From Octopus vulgaris (Eukaryota), in the NCBI GenBank assembly GCA_951406725.2, contig OX597824.1, positions 434,001-498,000 of the forward strand: DNA of 64,000 nucleotides, in the 5' to 3' direction. This document shows positions 1 through 14,764 of this stretch, piece by piece. Made by a program: the position numbers and the translations under genes. Positions within the stretch are counted from its first letter, which is position 1. Each line of letters starts with the position of its first letter. A model generated the notes under the pieces. That model ran no database searches. It worked only from the letters and a program-made list of their open reading frames with translations, and was not told where the DNA came from.

Positions 1-97
1 AAATAAATAATAGTAAAAATGAGATAGACTAGAATATACATATATAGATGAATATGTAAATACAGATATACATATATAAAAAATATATGTTAAAAAA

Positions 98-177
<80 letters not shown>

Positions 178-879
178 CTCACAGTAATAATCGCATGCAT
201 ATATATGTATGTATATATATATATATATATATATATAAATTAAAGGTAAAACCACTATTATGCAACTCAAACAGTGATAGGCATAAATCAAAACATAAAT
301 AACAAATAATATATATTTTTATAAAACATATAACTAGATCACAAAAAGTATAAAAATGAATGATCAATATATAAGTAAAAAAAAATACGTACGTTACATG
401 GCTACAATTATATTCGAATTACAGTTAAGTTTAAATTAGTCAATCTTCAGGTTAACGATAATAGTTAAATAAATAAGCAAATCGAGTTAAACGATATTTA
501 TTTAAAAATTAAATACAATAATAATTTTTCTTATAGAAAAAACTCCATTAACTAAATTTGAAACTTAAAACATTAGGATTATTTCCTACAATACATTTAT
601 TATGTTAAATATTTAATATTTAAGGTAAAAAAAAAGTGCTACGGCTTTGTCGACGTTTATATGGTTCTTACGTGAGACAAGTCCTCCTAAATTCAAAATT
701 ACCTGGTCTAATGTACATAAAGCACAACCTTACAGGAACTGGAGCTTCAGATCAAAGAACATGGCGAAGCGATGAGTACTTTTCCCAAACGTCATTTGTA
801 GTTATGTGACCTCTGATGACTATGAAGTCCGCTTCAGGAGAGACAGATACGTCCGCAGTTCTGCGGACGTATCTATCTA

Positions 880-1000
<121 letters not shown>

Positions 1001-1223
1001 ATGTATCTATAGATAGATAGATAGATAGATAGATAGATCCAAACTTTTTATATATATATCCAAACTTTTAACCATATAGATATGCGAAGTTATCACCAAA
1101 TATATATATATATGTATATATATATATACACTTATACATATATATAAACATATGTATATATACATATATGTGTGTGTGTGTGTGTGTGCATACATATATA
1201 CATGTATATGTATGTACGTGTAT

Positions 1224-1268
<45 letters not shown>

Positions 1269-1274
1269 CATACA

Positions 1275-1348
<74 letters not shown>

Positions 1349-1509
1349 CCTGCCTTGCATTAATATTTCTTCTTCGACTTCAAAAAGACCCTATCCGATG
1401 TAATGCAACCCATTAACAAAAATGAAAAGCTAGCTTTATATCAACTCGCACTACAATTTGGTTTCCACGTCACAGTTATTAACTCTCTATCGACATTTCT
1501 CCATTAACT

Positions 1510-1576
<67 letters not shown>

Positions 1577-1626
1577 GGCTGATTTCCAAGACGAGGATGC
1601 CATGCTTGTTCACGAATAAACAATCA

Positions 1627-1691
<65 letters not shown>

Positions 1692-2091
1692 AGCTTATAT
1701 TCTTCATATTTATGCAGAATCTTCTGTTTCATTCATCTATAATACAACATTTTAATTGCTATAAATACGAAATTACTCCGAGAAAAACAAAAATCTATCA
1801 AATCGAATTTAGTTTTCGTTTACTTTTATTTGTTTCATTTATTACTATTATTTTTTTTTTTGCTTTTATTTTTATTTCATTTCTTTAAAACCTGAATTCA
1901 GTATTATTCAGAAAAGAAAGATTTAAAACAAAAAAAAATCAAGTAGGCTGGAATTTTATGTTAAGGAAAGATATTTGGAGAAATGCTTTAGTTTTTTAAT
2001 TGATAGAATGAAACGGGAAGACTAAAAATCAATAAATTGTATTCATATATCGATGTGTAGGCGAATTTTCTATCGGTGTGTATCTGTCTAT

Positions 2092-2130
<39 letters not shown>

Positions 2131-2235
2131 ACATGCACACATGTAATGTATTCGCCGTAAATAATCTGTTCGCCATGATTGATCGCTGGCCACTAAACCT
2201 TTTTCTATTTTCTCTCTCTGTTTATTCCTGTGTTC

Positions 2236-2271
2236 CTTTCTGTTGAAGAGCTTTGGCTCGAAACGTGAAAG
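2236..2271 (+). ncRNA. Hammerhead-like motif with an altered core (third family)
   Basis: CUUU-CUGUUGA-A-GAGC(UUUG)GCUC-GAAACGUG-AAAG. Stems intact, but U at position 6 and G at the cleavage position. Confidence 0.4.
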
Positions 2272-2401
2272 TCTTTCTCACTTTCCCGACCGTTAAATTA
2301 ATACATCTGTTTGTTGTTTACGCACCCGTCTTCGTCTTTTGTTTTGTTCTTTTGTTTGTTTTTTGTAAATTCCAACTATGTGAGTGTGTGTGTGTGTATG
2401 T

Positions 2402-2476
<75 letters not shown>

Positions 2477-2477
<1 letters not shown>

Positions 2478-3341
2478 AAGATACAATGCAGAAGTTTTGA
2501 GACTTTTTACATTAATTTCAGAGAAGTACAAAACTCTAATCTCCTTCAAAGTAGGATCCTGGGATTTCGGTGAACTTTTTGTGGTGCTCCAACCATTTCG
2601 TGAAAGTGCCATAGAACTCTTTCAAAGTTACGGTGTCCAAGACCCTTGTCACAGCTTCTTTCATCTTCTTTAACTTGGAGGACAACCAGGAACAGGGAAC
2701 AAGGTCTGGGCCTCAGTGAGGGCGAGAGACAATTTTGATTCCCATCTCTGTGAAGTATTTGGTTACCAGGATTGATTCGTGGACTCGTCCATTGTCCTGG
2801 TGCAGGACGTCTGACCTTTTGCGACAAAATCACTTCCTGAACTTCCTTGAAACCACCACAAACTACTCCTTGTTGAGCATCTGATCCCTAGAGGGAACCC
2901 AGTCGATGTAGACGATGCCTTTGTTGTCGAAAAACAGGTTCACCATTTGCTTCCCGGTGGACTTGCTCTGTCTGGCCTCTTGTACCAGCGGAAAACAGAT
3001 GCTCGGTACGTACAATTTAATCCACGACCAGTCTGGAGCGCTTCATAAGTTTCTGTGGCGTTCTTGCCCAGTCTAACGCAAGACTTTATTGCATAGCGAC
3101 CTTCCAGACTGAACTCACGTCTCGCCAGCATTCTGTAAACCAGTCAGCTGCGACAAGCAGTATTTATTAGTTTGTGTTCAAAGTGCTCTTACAGTCGTAT
3201 CGTTCAATCTGGACTAAAAGATTGGAAGGTCAGCTTATTATATGTACAGAGTAATGATAAACTAAATCTCAAATGATCTTGGACATTCATAACTGCCTCT
3301 CCTATAAAAAAAACGTCTCAAGATTTCTGGAATGTACCTTG
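2477..3341 (-). mobile_element. Internally deleted mariner DNA transposon
   Basis: Imperfect TIRs of about 27 bp (CAAGRTACAWTSCAGAA.T.TTGAGAC) flanked by TA. Transposase relics RYAIKSCVRLGKNATETY..., FFDNKGIVY and LHQDNGRVH, with stops. Confidence 0.85.
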
Positions 3342-3905
3342 TATGTATGTATGTTTGTATGTATGTATGTTTGTATGTATGTATGTTTGTATGTATGTAT
3401 GTATGTTTGTATGTATGTATGTATGTATGTATGTATGTATGTATGTATGTATGTATGTATGTATGTATGTATTTTGTGTATTTATGTATGTATGTATTAT
3501 GTATGTAAGCATTTGTGTATGTATATATTATGTGTGTATGTATGTATGTCATTGTTCAGTTTTATTTCAAGGTTTCTTGCCAATAGAGAAAGACCTGGTT
3601 TCTAACCTGGATCCAAGGCTCCTTCGTTGGAATTTCAACATCAACAGAGTATTTTTGTTTGTTTGTATGTATGTATGTATGTATGTATGTATGTATGTAT
3701 GTATGTATGTATGTATGTGTGTGTATGTATGTTTGTCTATATTTATGTGTGTATTATGTATGTTTGTATGTATGTATGTATGTATGTATGTTTGTATGTA
3801 TGTATGTATGTATGGATGTATGTATGTATGTATGTATGTATGTATGTATGTATGTATGTATGTATGTATGTATGTATGTATGTATGTATGTATGTATGTA
3901 TGTAT
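3342..3905. repeat. (TATG)n microsatellite cluster
   Basis: Direct inspection. Confidence 0.95.
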
Positions 3906-4718
3906 GCATGCATGCCTGTAGTTCTGGGGTTTGGTAACTCACACACAAGAAGTAGAACTCAATACATGAGTATATATATTTCCTTCTTATTTTTAATAAA
4001 CAGAAAGTTACAAAATTACTCCCAATCCGAGAGTTTCATGCATGGTACTTATCAGAGTTATCGGACTTTATTGCGATCAGATATCATCTCGGTTTTCAAG
4101 ATGACAAAGCAACTAACCCCAACTGGGGTCAAATGTGCTCCCAAAGGAGAGGACGGAAAAGGTGTAAGAGAGAAAGGGAACCAAGTACCCGAAGTTGGTG
4201 GAGGACTGCCGCATGAATGATTGGAGAACGAGGTGTTTGCCAGTGAAGGTTGGCAGTGAGGATTCACAGGTGGTAACCTAAGTAAAGCCTGTGGAACTTT
4301 GGATATTACTGGAGTGGGCCACAGAAGAGCAGCCGGGGACAACGTAGAGGCTGTGGAGAAAGCATCTTTATGAGTCTGGCTGAGAAGAGATGATTGGTAA
4401 GGTCAGCAGAATGCCGTTTGGACGCAGTCATAGGTTTGACCACAGTTGGGTCGCCTGGATCAAGGAGGACGCTATAAGACCCAAAGCAACCAGTGATTCT
4501 CGGGTACAACAATGACGATGGGTCCAAATATTCCATCCATAATGCACGTTGAACTGTAAAGGCGTGGCTGCGTGGTAAGAAATTTGCTTCCCAACCAGAT
4601 GGTTTCGGGTTCAATTCCATTGCGTTGCAAGTGACTTCTACTTTAGCTTCGGACCGAATAAAGCCTTGAAAGTAGATGTGGGAGACTAAAATTGAAAGAA
4701 GCCCGTCGTACATATGCA

Positions 4719-4789
<71 letters not shown>

Positions 4790-4791
<2 letters not shown>

Positions 4792-5860
4792 GACGATGAT
4801 TGCTCATCTTGACAGATGATAGCCGTATACACCACACCCTATCACACAGTGCAATCACTCCGTTGATGAGCCCTTAAATAACTTTTAAGACCAGCTGCTT
4901 AAGTGACAGATATTATTCAAGTTTCTTCTATATTTTTGCCTTTTTGGAATCTGATTCTGAAGGAGTGTTTTTATGAACCAGCATATGTCTTTTAAGCCCA
5001 GATATTGTCTTACAAGTTTTTTGACATATGACACAAGTCGTAAGAGGCGGTTGGTGTCCAAGATCATTACCTGTCTGGGCATTACGATTTTCCTGTGACT
5101 TCACATGATTCACGTATCCTGCTTTTGACAACAGAACACGGTCACATATAATACATACCCAACGTTCACTGTTGATTCCAGTCCCAATTGTTCCTTTGCG
5201 ACAGACTCTTTTAAGTTCAGACTGCTGAATCCTCTTTTCCTCCCATGTTTTTCAACCAGTCCTAACAGCACCTCTTCACTTGTTCCGATCCAGAACATCA
5301 ATTTCCCAATCACTTTTGTTCATATCGAGTTTCTTCAGGTTTTCCTTCACACAGTCTTTATACCTTTTCCTCAGCTTATGTTGTGGTCGCTTACCAGAGT
5401 TGAGCTCACCAAACAAAATATACGCTTTGGCAAACGACTGTCTTTCATTCTAATAACATGTCCAATCCATCTCATTTGAGCCAAGACAACATGGTGTTCA
5501 ATTCTGCTACAACGTACCATGCGCTAAACCCCTGTATCTGGCATGAAACATTCCCACTTCACTCCTAAGATATGCCTGGGGCACTTTTGATGAAATCTCC
5601 CCAGCATTTTTATGTGACGCTTGTAAGTGGTCCATGTCTCACGTGACTAAAGAAGAGCAGACAATACACACGCTTAATAGACACTGATTCTTGCCTGCAG
5701 GGAAATACCTCTATCTGCCCACACTCGCTTTTCAAGCTTTCCAAATGTAACTCTTCCCTTCCTTATTCGATAGTATGTCTCTGCATCAAGACCGCCATCT
5801 CTTGACAGTGTGCTTCCAAGAGAAACAAAGGTGTCAACGACTTCTAACCTTGTTCCATTA
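4790..5860 (-). mobile_element. RTE-clade LINE, 5'-truncated 3' end with C2H2 fingers
   Basis: LEVVDTFVSLGSTLSRDGGLDAE..RIRK..TFGKL.KRVW and CVICQKTCKTISGLKRHMLVH. Frameshifted. Confidence 0.85.
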
Positions 5861-5924
5861 CATACATACACACATACATACACACATATACATACATACA
5901 TACATACATACATACATACATACA

Positions 5925-5995
<71 letters not shown>

Positions 5996-6071
5996 GAATA
6001 AGAAATGTCTTTTCTGATAATTTTTCCACTAATGCGGAAAAATTATCAGAAAATACATTTCTATTCATTTT

Positions 6072-6122
<51 letters not shown>

Positions 6123-7130
6123 TTGCGTGTGAGAGTGTGTGTGTGAGAGACAGTCTTTATGCCTGTGTTTGTCCCCAATCGCTTGACAACCAGTGTCGGT
6201 GTGTTTATGTCCACGCGACTTAGCGGTTTGGCAAAAGAACCCGAGAGAATAAGTTCCTGGATTTGACAAAAAATAAAAACTGGGCGGGGGGATTCGTTCG
6301 ACTAAAATTCTTGTAGGTAATGCCCCAGCAAGGCCACAATCCAATGACTAAAACAAATAAAAGACATACAGCTATCTTTCTATCATACTTAATGTAAATA
6401 CATCGTTGAAAGGCAAATTCACTGTGATATTCATCCGGAGATGATATCTCTTATGGACGTGCTGTGTTTAAAGACACAATACATATCAGATGGAGACGAA
6501 AATCGTCCCAGCATCAACTAGCAAGAACCCTAGATGCATTTCGGCCTCATTGCGGCTTATCAATGACGTGTACTTACAGTCAACCACATATTTCGACGAG
6601 ATTCGTCGCCACCGATATATAGAAAATCAGTAAATAAACATCCACTGACTCTAAAAATGGAGACAGCCTTGATTCAGTCAGCTTCAACTGACAAAAGGAA
6701 GTCGTAAAAAGAAGCGCTAAGAATGGTCCGAACCTGATGTCCTGATGAGGGCGTCAGTCTCCATCTACGATCCTCACGCTTCCGTAGAATCATGAAGGGG
6801 CGAACTGACAGGCTGCTCGGGATTTCGAAACACAGTCTCGGGAACAAGACTATACGAGCGAGGCTAATCGAGGAGGGGCAAATAAACGCTTACGCATACA
6901 CACACCAACAGACACGTCCATTCATTCCGCCTGGACCATTCCACTCTAGAATATTTCGCTTGTCTTAAATACTCTTCTACCAGCAAAATTCCAGCAGCTA
7001 TTTAACCGAATTACCACAGCACCGTTCTCAAGACAATATTGATTCCGAAGCGAATGTCCAGGAACCTATTACGAAATTAAAAATATAAATAAATAAAGTG
7101 AAGAATCTCATTGTTGTAGTTATTGCATAC

Positions 7131-7272
7131 AAATGCAGAAATCGTTCAAAGTGGCTGCATTTGCGAAAATCTCTTCCGATCGATTGTAATCGAATCTTGC
7201 TTTGGTATATCTAAACCCTTCTCTACAATCTGTCATTACAGTTCTTTCCATCCACATGGGGGGCAACTGGAA
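7131..7272 (-). CDS. Candidate coding exon of an unidentified gene (FQLPPMWMERTVMTDCREGFRYTKARFDYNRSEEIFANAATLNDFCI)
   Basis: Complex unique sequence between repeats. TATTTTTAG acceptor, open in phase 0, possible GTATGC donor. Confidence 0.3.
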
Positions 7273-7324
7273 CTAAAAATAGAGCTACTATTATAACTAG
7301 TAGTAGTAGTTTTAGTAGTAGTTT

Positions 7325-7393
<69 letters not shown>

Positions 7394-7750
7394 CAGCAGA
7401 GGTGGTGGTGGTGCTGCTGCTGCTGTTGCTACTACTACTACTACTGCTGCTGCTGCTGTTGCTACTACTACTACTATTGCTGCTGCTGCTGCTGCCGCTG
7501 AACCCAATGGCTTACTGTATTATTCAGTTGCGTTTCTTTCTGATCTCAGTCCTGTATATCCCCAACCGAGCTCACTTTTGCTCCTCTTCATCCGTCTGGA
7601 GTCGTTCAGTTGAATCGTGGCATCGATTCCATCGAATCCGACCACAAAAATCAGAGACTTTATTTCTTCATTACAAAACCCATTAATATTATTATGTAAT
7701 CGACTCATCCCCTCCTCTAAGAACACTGTCCTTGTGGCAAAATTTGAAAC

Positions 7751-7808
<58 letters not shown>

Positions 7809-9765
7809 GCCTTTGAACAGCTTCTAACGCTGGAGATGCACTACGGTGTCAGCTGTTCACTACCAGCACCTTCCGGAGTTTTCGAGTGGTTCCAAGCAGT
7901 GCTGTTTTCTGTAAGTGCTCCACCCTTATTGCAGCACCTATTTGTTCTATGTACTTCTCGAGATTTTTACTCACTGTTCCCAGGTCTCTGACAATTATTC
8001 GTATTACTACCACCTTTTACATCAACCACAACTGCTTTACCTCCCAAGCTAACCTGTCATATCTCTCGACTTTTCTTTCTTCCTTGTCGCATACCTTGTT
8101 GTCAGCTGGGAATGCTATATCTATGATCCAGCATAGTTTGTTTTCTTTCTCAATTAAGACTATGTCTGGCTTCCTATTCATAAAATCATAAAATCCCACA
8201 GGATCTTTGCATTTCTATTTTCTACGATGCCTTCATGTTTGTGGTCTATTGTGTATTTTATGTAGTTTGTTCTTAGTGCTTGCTCTTGGGCAGCACAGAT
8301 TTAGAGCCTCCATTTCCGGTTTTAAATCACTTTTAGTCATCCACAGCCATCTTTTCTCTTTTTTTGTCTTATCTTCAACATCCTTATGAAATAGACCATG
8401 CATCCTTTTCTTTACCCACCTATTTTCAGTTTCATTCGTTTTCAATTTCTTGTACAGTGCTTTATCTTTGCAATCTTTCATCCTACACAAGCGCGACCTT
8501 CCTACTTCTAATTACAGCGGTTCTGTGGCATTTTTTACACACCATGCTATGTTGTTTTTTCTGTTCTAATGCTGTGTTCGCATCCAATCAGTCCTCTTCC
8601 CCCTCTTTTCCTTGGTACATACAGTCTGTCTGTGTCACATTTTGGGTGGAGTGACCCATATCTAATTAGCAACTTCCTTGTCTTTCTGTCTAAGCTGTTT
8701 AATTCGTCTACTGTCCGTGCGATTACCCCTGCTCCATATCTGAGGAGTGAAACCGCCCAGGTGTTGATAGCTTCGATCTTATTCCGTCCATTTAATTTCG
8801 ACTTAAGGATCAGTCTCAGTCTGCGCAAGTACTCCTCCTTAAATTTTTCTGTCATGTCTTTCTCCGTCAATTTATTCATTTCCAGTATCCCCAAGTACTT
8901 ATAGCCCGTCTCTTCTATCTGCTTCATAACCTCCCCCGACGGTATCGCTAGCCCCTCCATACATTTGATTTTGCCTCTCTTCAAGATTAACACACCACAC
9001 TTTCTCAGTCCGAACTCCATTCTGATATCAGCACTGAAGGTATACACTGTATCAACGAAGGAACTGACAAGGGCTTCATCTTTACCATAAAGTTTGAGGT
9101 GGTCCATGAATAACAAGTGGTTGACTTTTTGTTGGCGACTTTTGAATACATACCCAGCTTTTGCTTTCCTCAGAATCACTGTTAGTGGTATCAAGCACAG
9201 TACAACGATCAGTGGGAACAGGCAGTCCCCTTGGAGGATGTCCCTCTTAATTTCTACCGTCCCTAAATTCTTTTGATCCAGTAGCCTTGAACTCCATCTG
9301 GTCCCGGGGCCTTCCAGTTGCTCTTTTTTGGTGGGGGGGGGCTGATTTCCTTCACTTCCTTAACTGAAATGACTAGTTCTGCCTGTTTTGGACAGACTAC
9401 TGTTTGTTTCAGTTCTTGCAACCATTCAGAATCCTTCTTGTGCTCCTTGTCTTTGCTCCAGATGTCACTCCGAAACCTTTGACTTTCAATGTTATCTGGT
9501 ATCAACTTTTCATCTGTACACTCACCATTTATATCTTTATAGAATCTCTTCTGATCTACTCTGAATAGCCTATTCTGGTGGTAACCCTTCATTCTTTGGT
9601 CGTATCTTACCATCTTTGCTTTCTTTGCTACGAGGCGCTGTTTCAGTTCCTCCACTTCTACTTTCAGGCCCTTTCTTTCACTATTATACTTCCTTTTCAG
9701 TGCCCTATATTTTTGTTCGCTTTTAAGCTCCCCTTAAATTCGTCGAATGACAGGCAGAAACTTTA
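7809..9765 (-). mobile_element. R4/Dong-clade non-LTR retrotransposon (RT plus RLE endonuclease), truncated and degenerate
   Basis: NWKAPGPDGVQGYW, HLLFMDHLKLY, NKIEAINTWAV, PRKRGGRGL and RKPDIVLIEK..WIIDIAFPAD. The 3' end abuts (TAA)n. Confidence 0.9.
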
Positions 9766-9980
9766 TTGAAGAACACTCTTTGTCTCACACACAGTAATGG
9801 CTCCGGCTGTTAACATACAAAATAAGCTTGACTCTGATATTGAAATTTCACGAAATCTAAATATATTTTTATTTTCTTCGATAAAACCAATAAACTATAC
9901 GAAATAAACAATAACAATATATACACAATTACTTATAAAAACTATCGCTACCAATTAATGAAAAATTAGTGCACAGATAT

Positions 9981-10039
<59 letters not shown>

Positions 10040-10199
10040 ACAAACAACGTAAATAATGAGCCAAAAAATAGAGATCAGGAAGTGATATTAGAAAATAGCT
10101 TTGTGCGAGACGAACAACTCAAAATGTAGGTTAATTAATTCAGCTAAATCAGAGATTGAGCAAATTAGTTAGAAAATATTAAGTAAAAATAACAAATAG

Positions 10200-11560
10200 C
10201 ATTAGAAAGACAACCCGGTACCAACAATGGAAAGCAAGGATTGGTTTTCCTATTAATTTAAAGCATGACTCGACGTTTGACATTGCTGTTTTTTAATGTT
10301 CGCGTTAGCACCCTACATTTCGACAGAAGATACAACAGCCTAGATAACAGAGACATAGCAAATGGTATGCATTCAAGAAAGACTACTTTTCAATGAAATT
10401 CTGCTTGAGACAAAAAATCAGATCCAACCGGTCCAATTGATGTTTGCATGTAATGGTTTGAGAGAACAAATAGTCGGAATGTCGTTGGTCTACGTACCCA
10501 AGGCGTACTAACCGCGAAATTCGCTCCATCTACCAAAGGAATCTTTAGAGTCGACAGACTTACCGCTTCTTCTCACGCCAGTTGGCCTACATTAGAAAAC
10601 GTTAGGAAAATTCGTGAACACATTCAAGAATTTCGATCCAAAAATGACCATCATCGTAGTTTTGTAAACATCTTAAGTGTCACCCTCGACTTACACACTT
10701 ACAAAGTGCACACTAAACTCAAAGACATACTTATTAACATTGGTTCCTGTTTTCTATCTTCAGTCTTTAGAAATTTAATTAGTAACATTAGTTGAAGAAT
10801 CTCCAAATTTTCTTCAAACAAAAATCTTCGATAAGCCAGTTTCCTGTTACAGAATTGATTTAGCAAACAAGAGTCAAAGATAAAATTACTTACATTCGTC
10901 TATGCTACATGAGAATTGACCCTGCAACATTTTATAGGTTCTACTCCTTGCTGTAAACATGGTGTTGCAAAAACATTTCTAGACTTAAAAGATAAATATT
11001 TTTCAATTTAACACCAAGACAGAAAATTCTTCATCGGATACCACTTAAAACTTAGTTACAGTAATATGTCCAACATGAAATGCATCACAACACAAGAGCA
11101 CAATGCCATATTAGGTAATGTTCACGTGCAGAAACACCGATGCATACCTACTCATTCAACTGCGTAATGCTGAAGCGAAGTATAGGAAGCAAACGTCACC
11201 TCTGCCAAATCTAATAGAACAACAGAGCGTAAAAAATATCAGGAGGGGCATGTTCAAACTACATAAAATATAACAGGGATAAATTCAAACAACGTTGCCT
11301 TCATCTTTCTTCATCTTTCAGCCTTGTTAAAAAGAAGAACGCAACGACTTTGTCTAACAACATTTGGAACTTAAAAGGACACATCAACGATTTTGATAAT
11401 AATACTAGAGCAATACACACGTTATACGACTGATACAAACAACTGCAAATTATACAGCAGAGAGGGAAGCAACTACATACTGGAAAACAAGAAAATTCGC
11501 AAATTACTTAAACACAAGATTTGAATTTTTCACGAAAATTCACTTCGCCAAATTCGTAAT
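10200..11560 (+). mobile_element. Highly decayed Penelope-like element (RT plus GIY-YIG)
   Basis: Relic motifs VNILSVTLDL, KLSYSNMSNMK, FKQR and ATTLSNNIWNLK. Many stops. Boundaries approximate. Confidence 0.6.
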
Positions 11561-14160
11561 TCAATTCTGGAAATTCACACCGCTGCTGGGTCTAAAATTC
11601 ATACATTAAGCATACAGCTGTACTCCCTTTACTTCTAAACCTTGTTGCCTGAACATAGTTCCACTCTTAAACTCCCGAAATTTACAACACCACCGGATCA
11701 AACTTTAAGCACCCCACCTTTTGTTAACTCTCCCTATTTATATTATCTCTTGTTCTGATTCCTTAGATTAGCTTTACCTAACAACACCGCCAACTTTCAT
11801 TCGCTTATCCGTTTGTTTATCCTACTCTCTTACTCGTTTTACTCTTTTACTTGTTTCAATCATTTGACTGCGGCCGTGCTGGAGCACCGCCTTTTGTCGA
11901 GCAAACCGACCCCAGAACTTATTCTTTGTAAGCCTAGTACTTATTCTATCGGTTTCTTTTGCCGAACAGTTAAGTTACGGGGACGTAAACATACCAGCAT
12001 CGGTTGTCAAGCGATGTTGGAGGGACAAACACAGACACACAAACATATATACACACACACACACATACACACTCATATATATATATATATATACATATAT
12101 AACCAAACTGGACCTTTGACCAGATTGAACATTTTAAATATAGGCACAGTCCACGCGATGGGCTTAGGCTCAAGTTGGCCCCAGGACGTAGAAGAAGTAG
12201 ACATTTTAAGATGCATTGAACTCGATCCCTCGAGATTACGAGGTGAACTTCTTAATCGGTCATTCTGCACCTATTTCTTTTACGAAGCTCACTTTGGAAC
12301 CATGTGGTTTCGGGTTCACTTCCACTGTGCAGAACTGTGGGCAACTGTCTTTTACTATAGTCCCGAGCTCACTAATGTTTTATGAGTAAATTTAATTGGT
12401 GGAAACTATGCGGAAGCCTTTTTATATATCTATATATATATATGTATGTGTCTGTCTTTGAATCTGTGTTTGTTCCTACACACCGATCGTAACCTGTGTT
12501 GGTTTGTTTATACCCCTGTAACTGAGCAATTCGACAAAGGGTGATCGATAAAATAAGTATCAGACTTTAAATTAAGTAGTAAAACCCGTCGTTGACGTCC
12601 TCCAGCATGGCCATAGTCCAGTGATTAATACAAGTAAAAAAAATAAAAGGTAGAAGATAATAAACTATGATTAGAAAAAGATGGGATGGTTATGGTTGGA
12701 ACACCGTTGATCATAGGTTTACTTAATCAGATCTAATCCGGGATTAAACAACAACAAAAGAAACGGCAAGCAGGTTTTTATGTTTTTGGTGGAGTTTTGT
12801 GTTTATGAGTTGGTCAGTCAATGACGGGACAGTGCCCACAACCCTTATAGACTTTACCATACAAACCTAGGTCAGACATGGGGTGGGGATTAAAGGTCGA
12901 GTCCAAAAGACAGCAACAGAGTCGATTCGGATAAAGGAGCCAAAAAAAAAAAACGAACTGTAGCTTTCGTGTCTTTTTTTAAAGTGTAATGTGATTCCAT
13001 GACGTATATGCTGTAGAACCAGAAAGAATAGCTTCTCCGAAGTCATTTGATCTGCTAGAAATAGGAACCAAATCTCCCCCAAAGCAAATCCTAATGTTTT
13101 AAAAAAATCGGGAAGGTTGCATTTGATGATACACTTCTAGATATACATGATAGAATGGTCAGAAGTGGTTTGAATTTGATCATAGAACCTTCCCAATTGG
13201 AGCTGACCTGAATCTAAACAAGAAAACCATATTTCCCTGTCATCTAGAGACTTGTTTCTTCTAAAAATTTTAATAATATAAACAGAAAATAGAAACACGA
13301 ACATACATACACATATGCGCGCACACGCACACATATCGGTAGCTGTATCTAAATGAACGTTCGATTACTAAGCTACTGCTGTCTATTAATCATTTAAACG
13401 AAACCATTATTTGTTTCTTTTATCAGATCTAACCAGATATTAGAGGAAAATTTTAAACACAGCTGACGTCACTTACTTAATCTACTTCGCGAAGTTATTT
13501 GATTAAAACTTCGTCTGGTTTTAAGCAAGCTGTATTCATGGTCTATTACACACTTCCTGACCGATATTCAAACCGAACATCGGTCAATAATGCAAGATTT
13601 TCATCATTCGACTGGACATTATTGAATGCTATATGTTGTATGAAACAAAAATGGCCGCCGATGCAGAAACAGACGACCGACCAAAGGAGATTGACGGTTC
13701 GTATCGTTTACAATTCTACATTGTGTTCGTCCGTGGTCGAGGAACTTTCACTGATTCTGTAAATCTTCTTTGGTGTCCGTCTATCTGTCACGAGAGACAT
13801 TGGAGTTTGGGAACACGGATCAGTCAGGATTTGAGCTGCAGCACTACGAAGAAGAATAAAGCAATTCACCGTCAATGTTGTTGCTGCTATTTTTCACTGA
13901 TGACACTGGAGTATCCTCTTTCGAACACAAGCCTGAGTTGGGTGTATGGCGATCCAGGGCTGCCCAAACACCAGAGTCACAGACTCTTAACCTCTCTACT
14001 GTAACCCAAAGGTGTGTAGAACAATATATTTGGCACTAGTTTGGCTGCAGGATTTGCCATAAGAGTGTCCAGCAGACACCAAACTCTCTTTGGTGTTCTA
14101 TTCTTAATTTTTATAAGGTTAACTCCCTACGTTTACCACACTAGATTGTGAGATTTTTAC

Positions 14161-14190
14161 CTTTAGTTCCGAATCTGTATCACTAGACAT
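14161..14190 (-). CDS. Candidate first coding exon of an unidentified gene (MSSDTDSELK); whole exon 14161..14292
   Basis: Unique sequence with acceptor TTTATTTTACTCTAG, start context ACCATG and donor AAG|GTAAAA. No homology recognised. Confidence 0.3.
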
Positions 14191-14764
14191 GGTGCCATAT
14201 CAGATAATATCAACTGAAGCCAGCTGAAATGAGATTCATCTAAGACTGGAATGTTGCACCCTGAAGTAGTAAAAGAGGATGTTATTCAATACCTAGAGTA
14301 AAATAAAGTACAATATCTAAATTCTTCATTGAAACAACTCAAGAAAAACCTTTTACATGAAATTAGAAAAGAAGCTTTAAATTTTAAACTATCTCCAGAA
14401 ACCATGATGTTATGTACCAGTGATCAATTAAGATTTAAACTTAAAGTGCTTGCAGTGACTGTCACATTTCATAATAGACACTGCAGTGTAATGCCTCGAC
14501 CTAGAGACGCTCCCACCCCGCCCATCACTGAGCTACGCACCCAGTCGAATAAGGTGCGATTTAAGGAAAGGTGACTGATATTTCTTACAGGCTGAGCGAC
14601 CACGTGTAAATTTATGCATGCAATTCATTGCAGTGAGCAGCGATTTGAGTGTATGCTGGGTGGGGAGAGGGAGAGAAATTACTAATATTCAACTATTCAT
14701 CTTATTAGAAAATTACTATTTTTAAACCTCATAACGTGAGATATTCAGCAATAGTACTTTGTTG

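Noticed and set aside
6530-6850. Hammerhead-like words (TTGATAA...GAAATGCATC on -, CTGATGA...GAAACACAGTC on +), also at about 811-856, 30434 and 40708
   Set aside because: Core mutated, or stems I and II cannot be paired. At best decayed Penelope termini.
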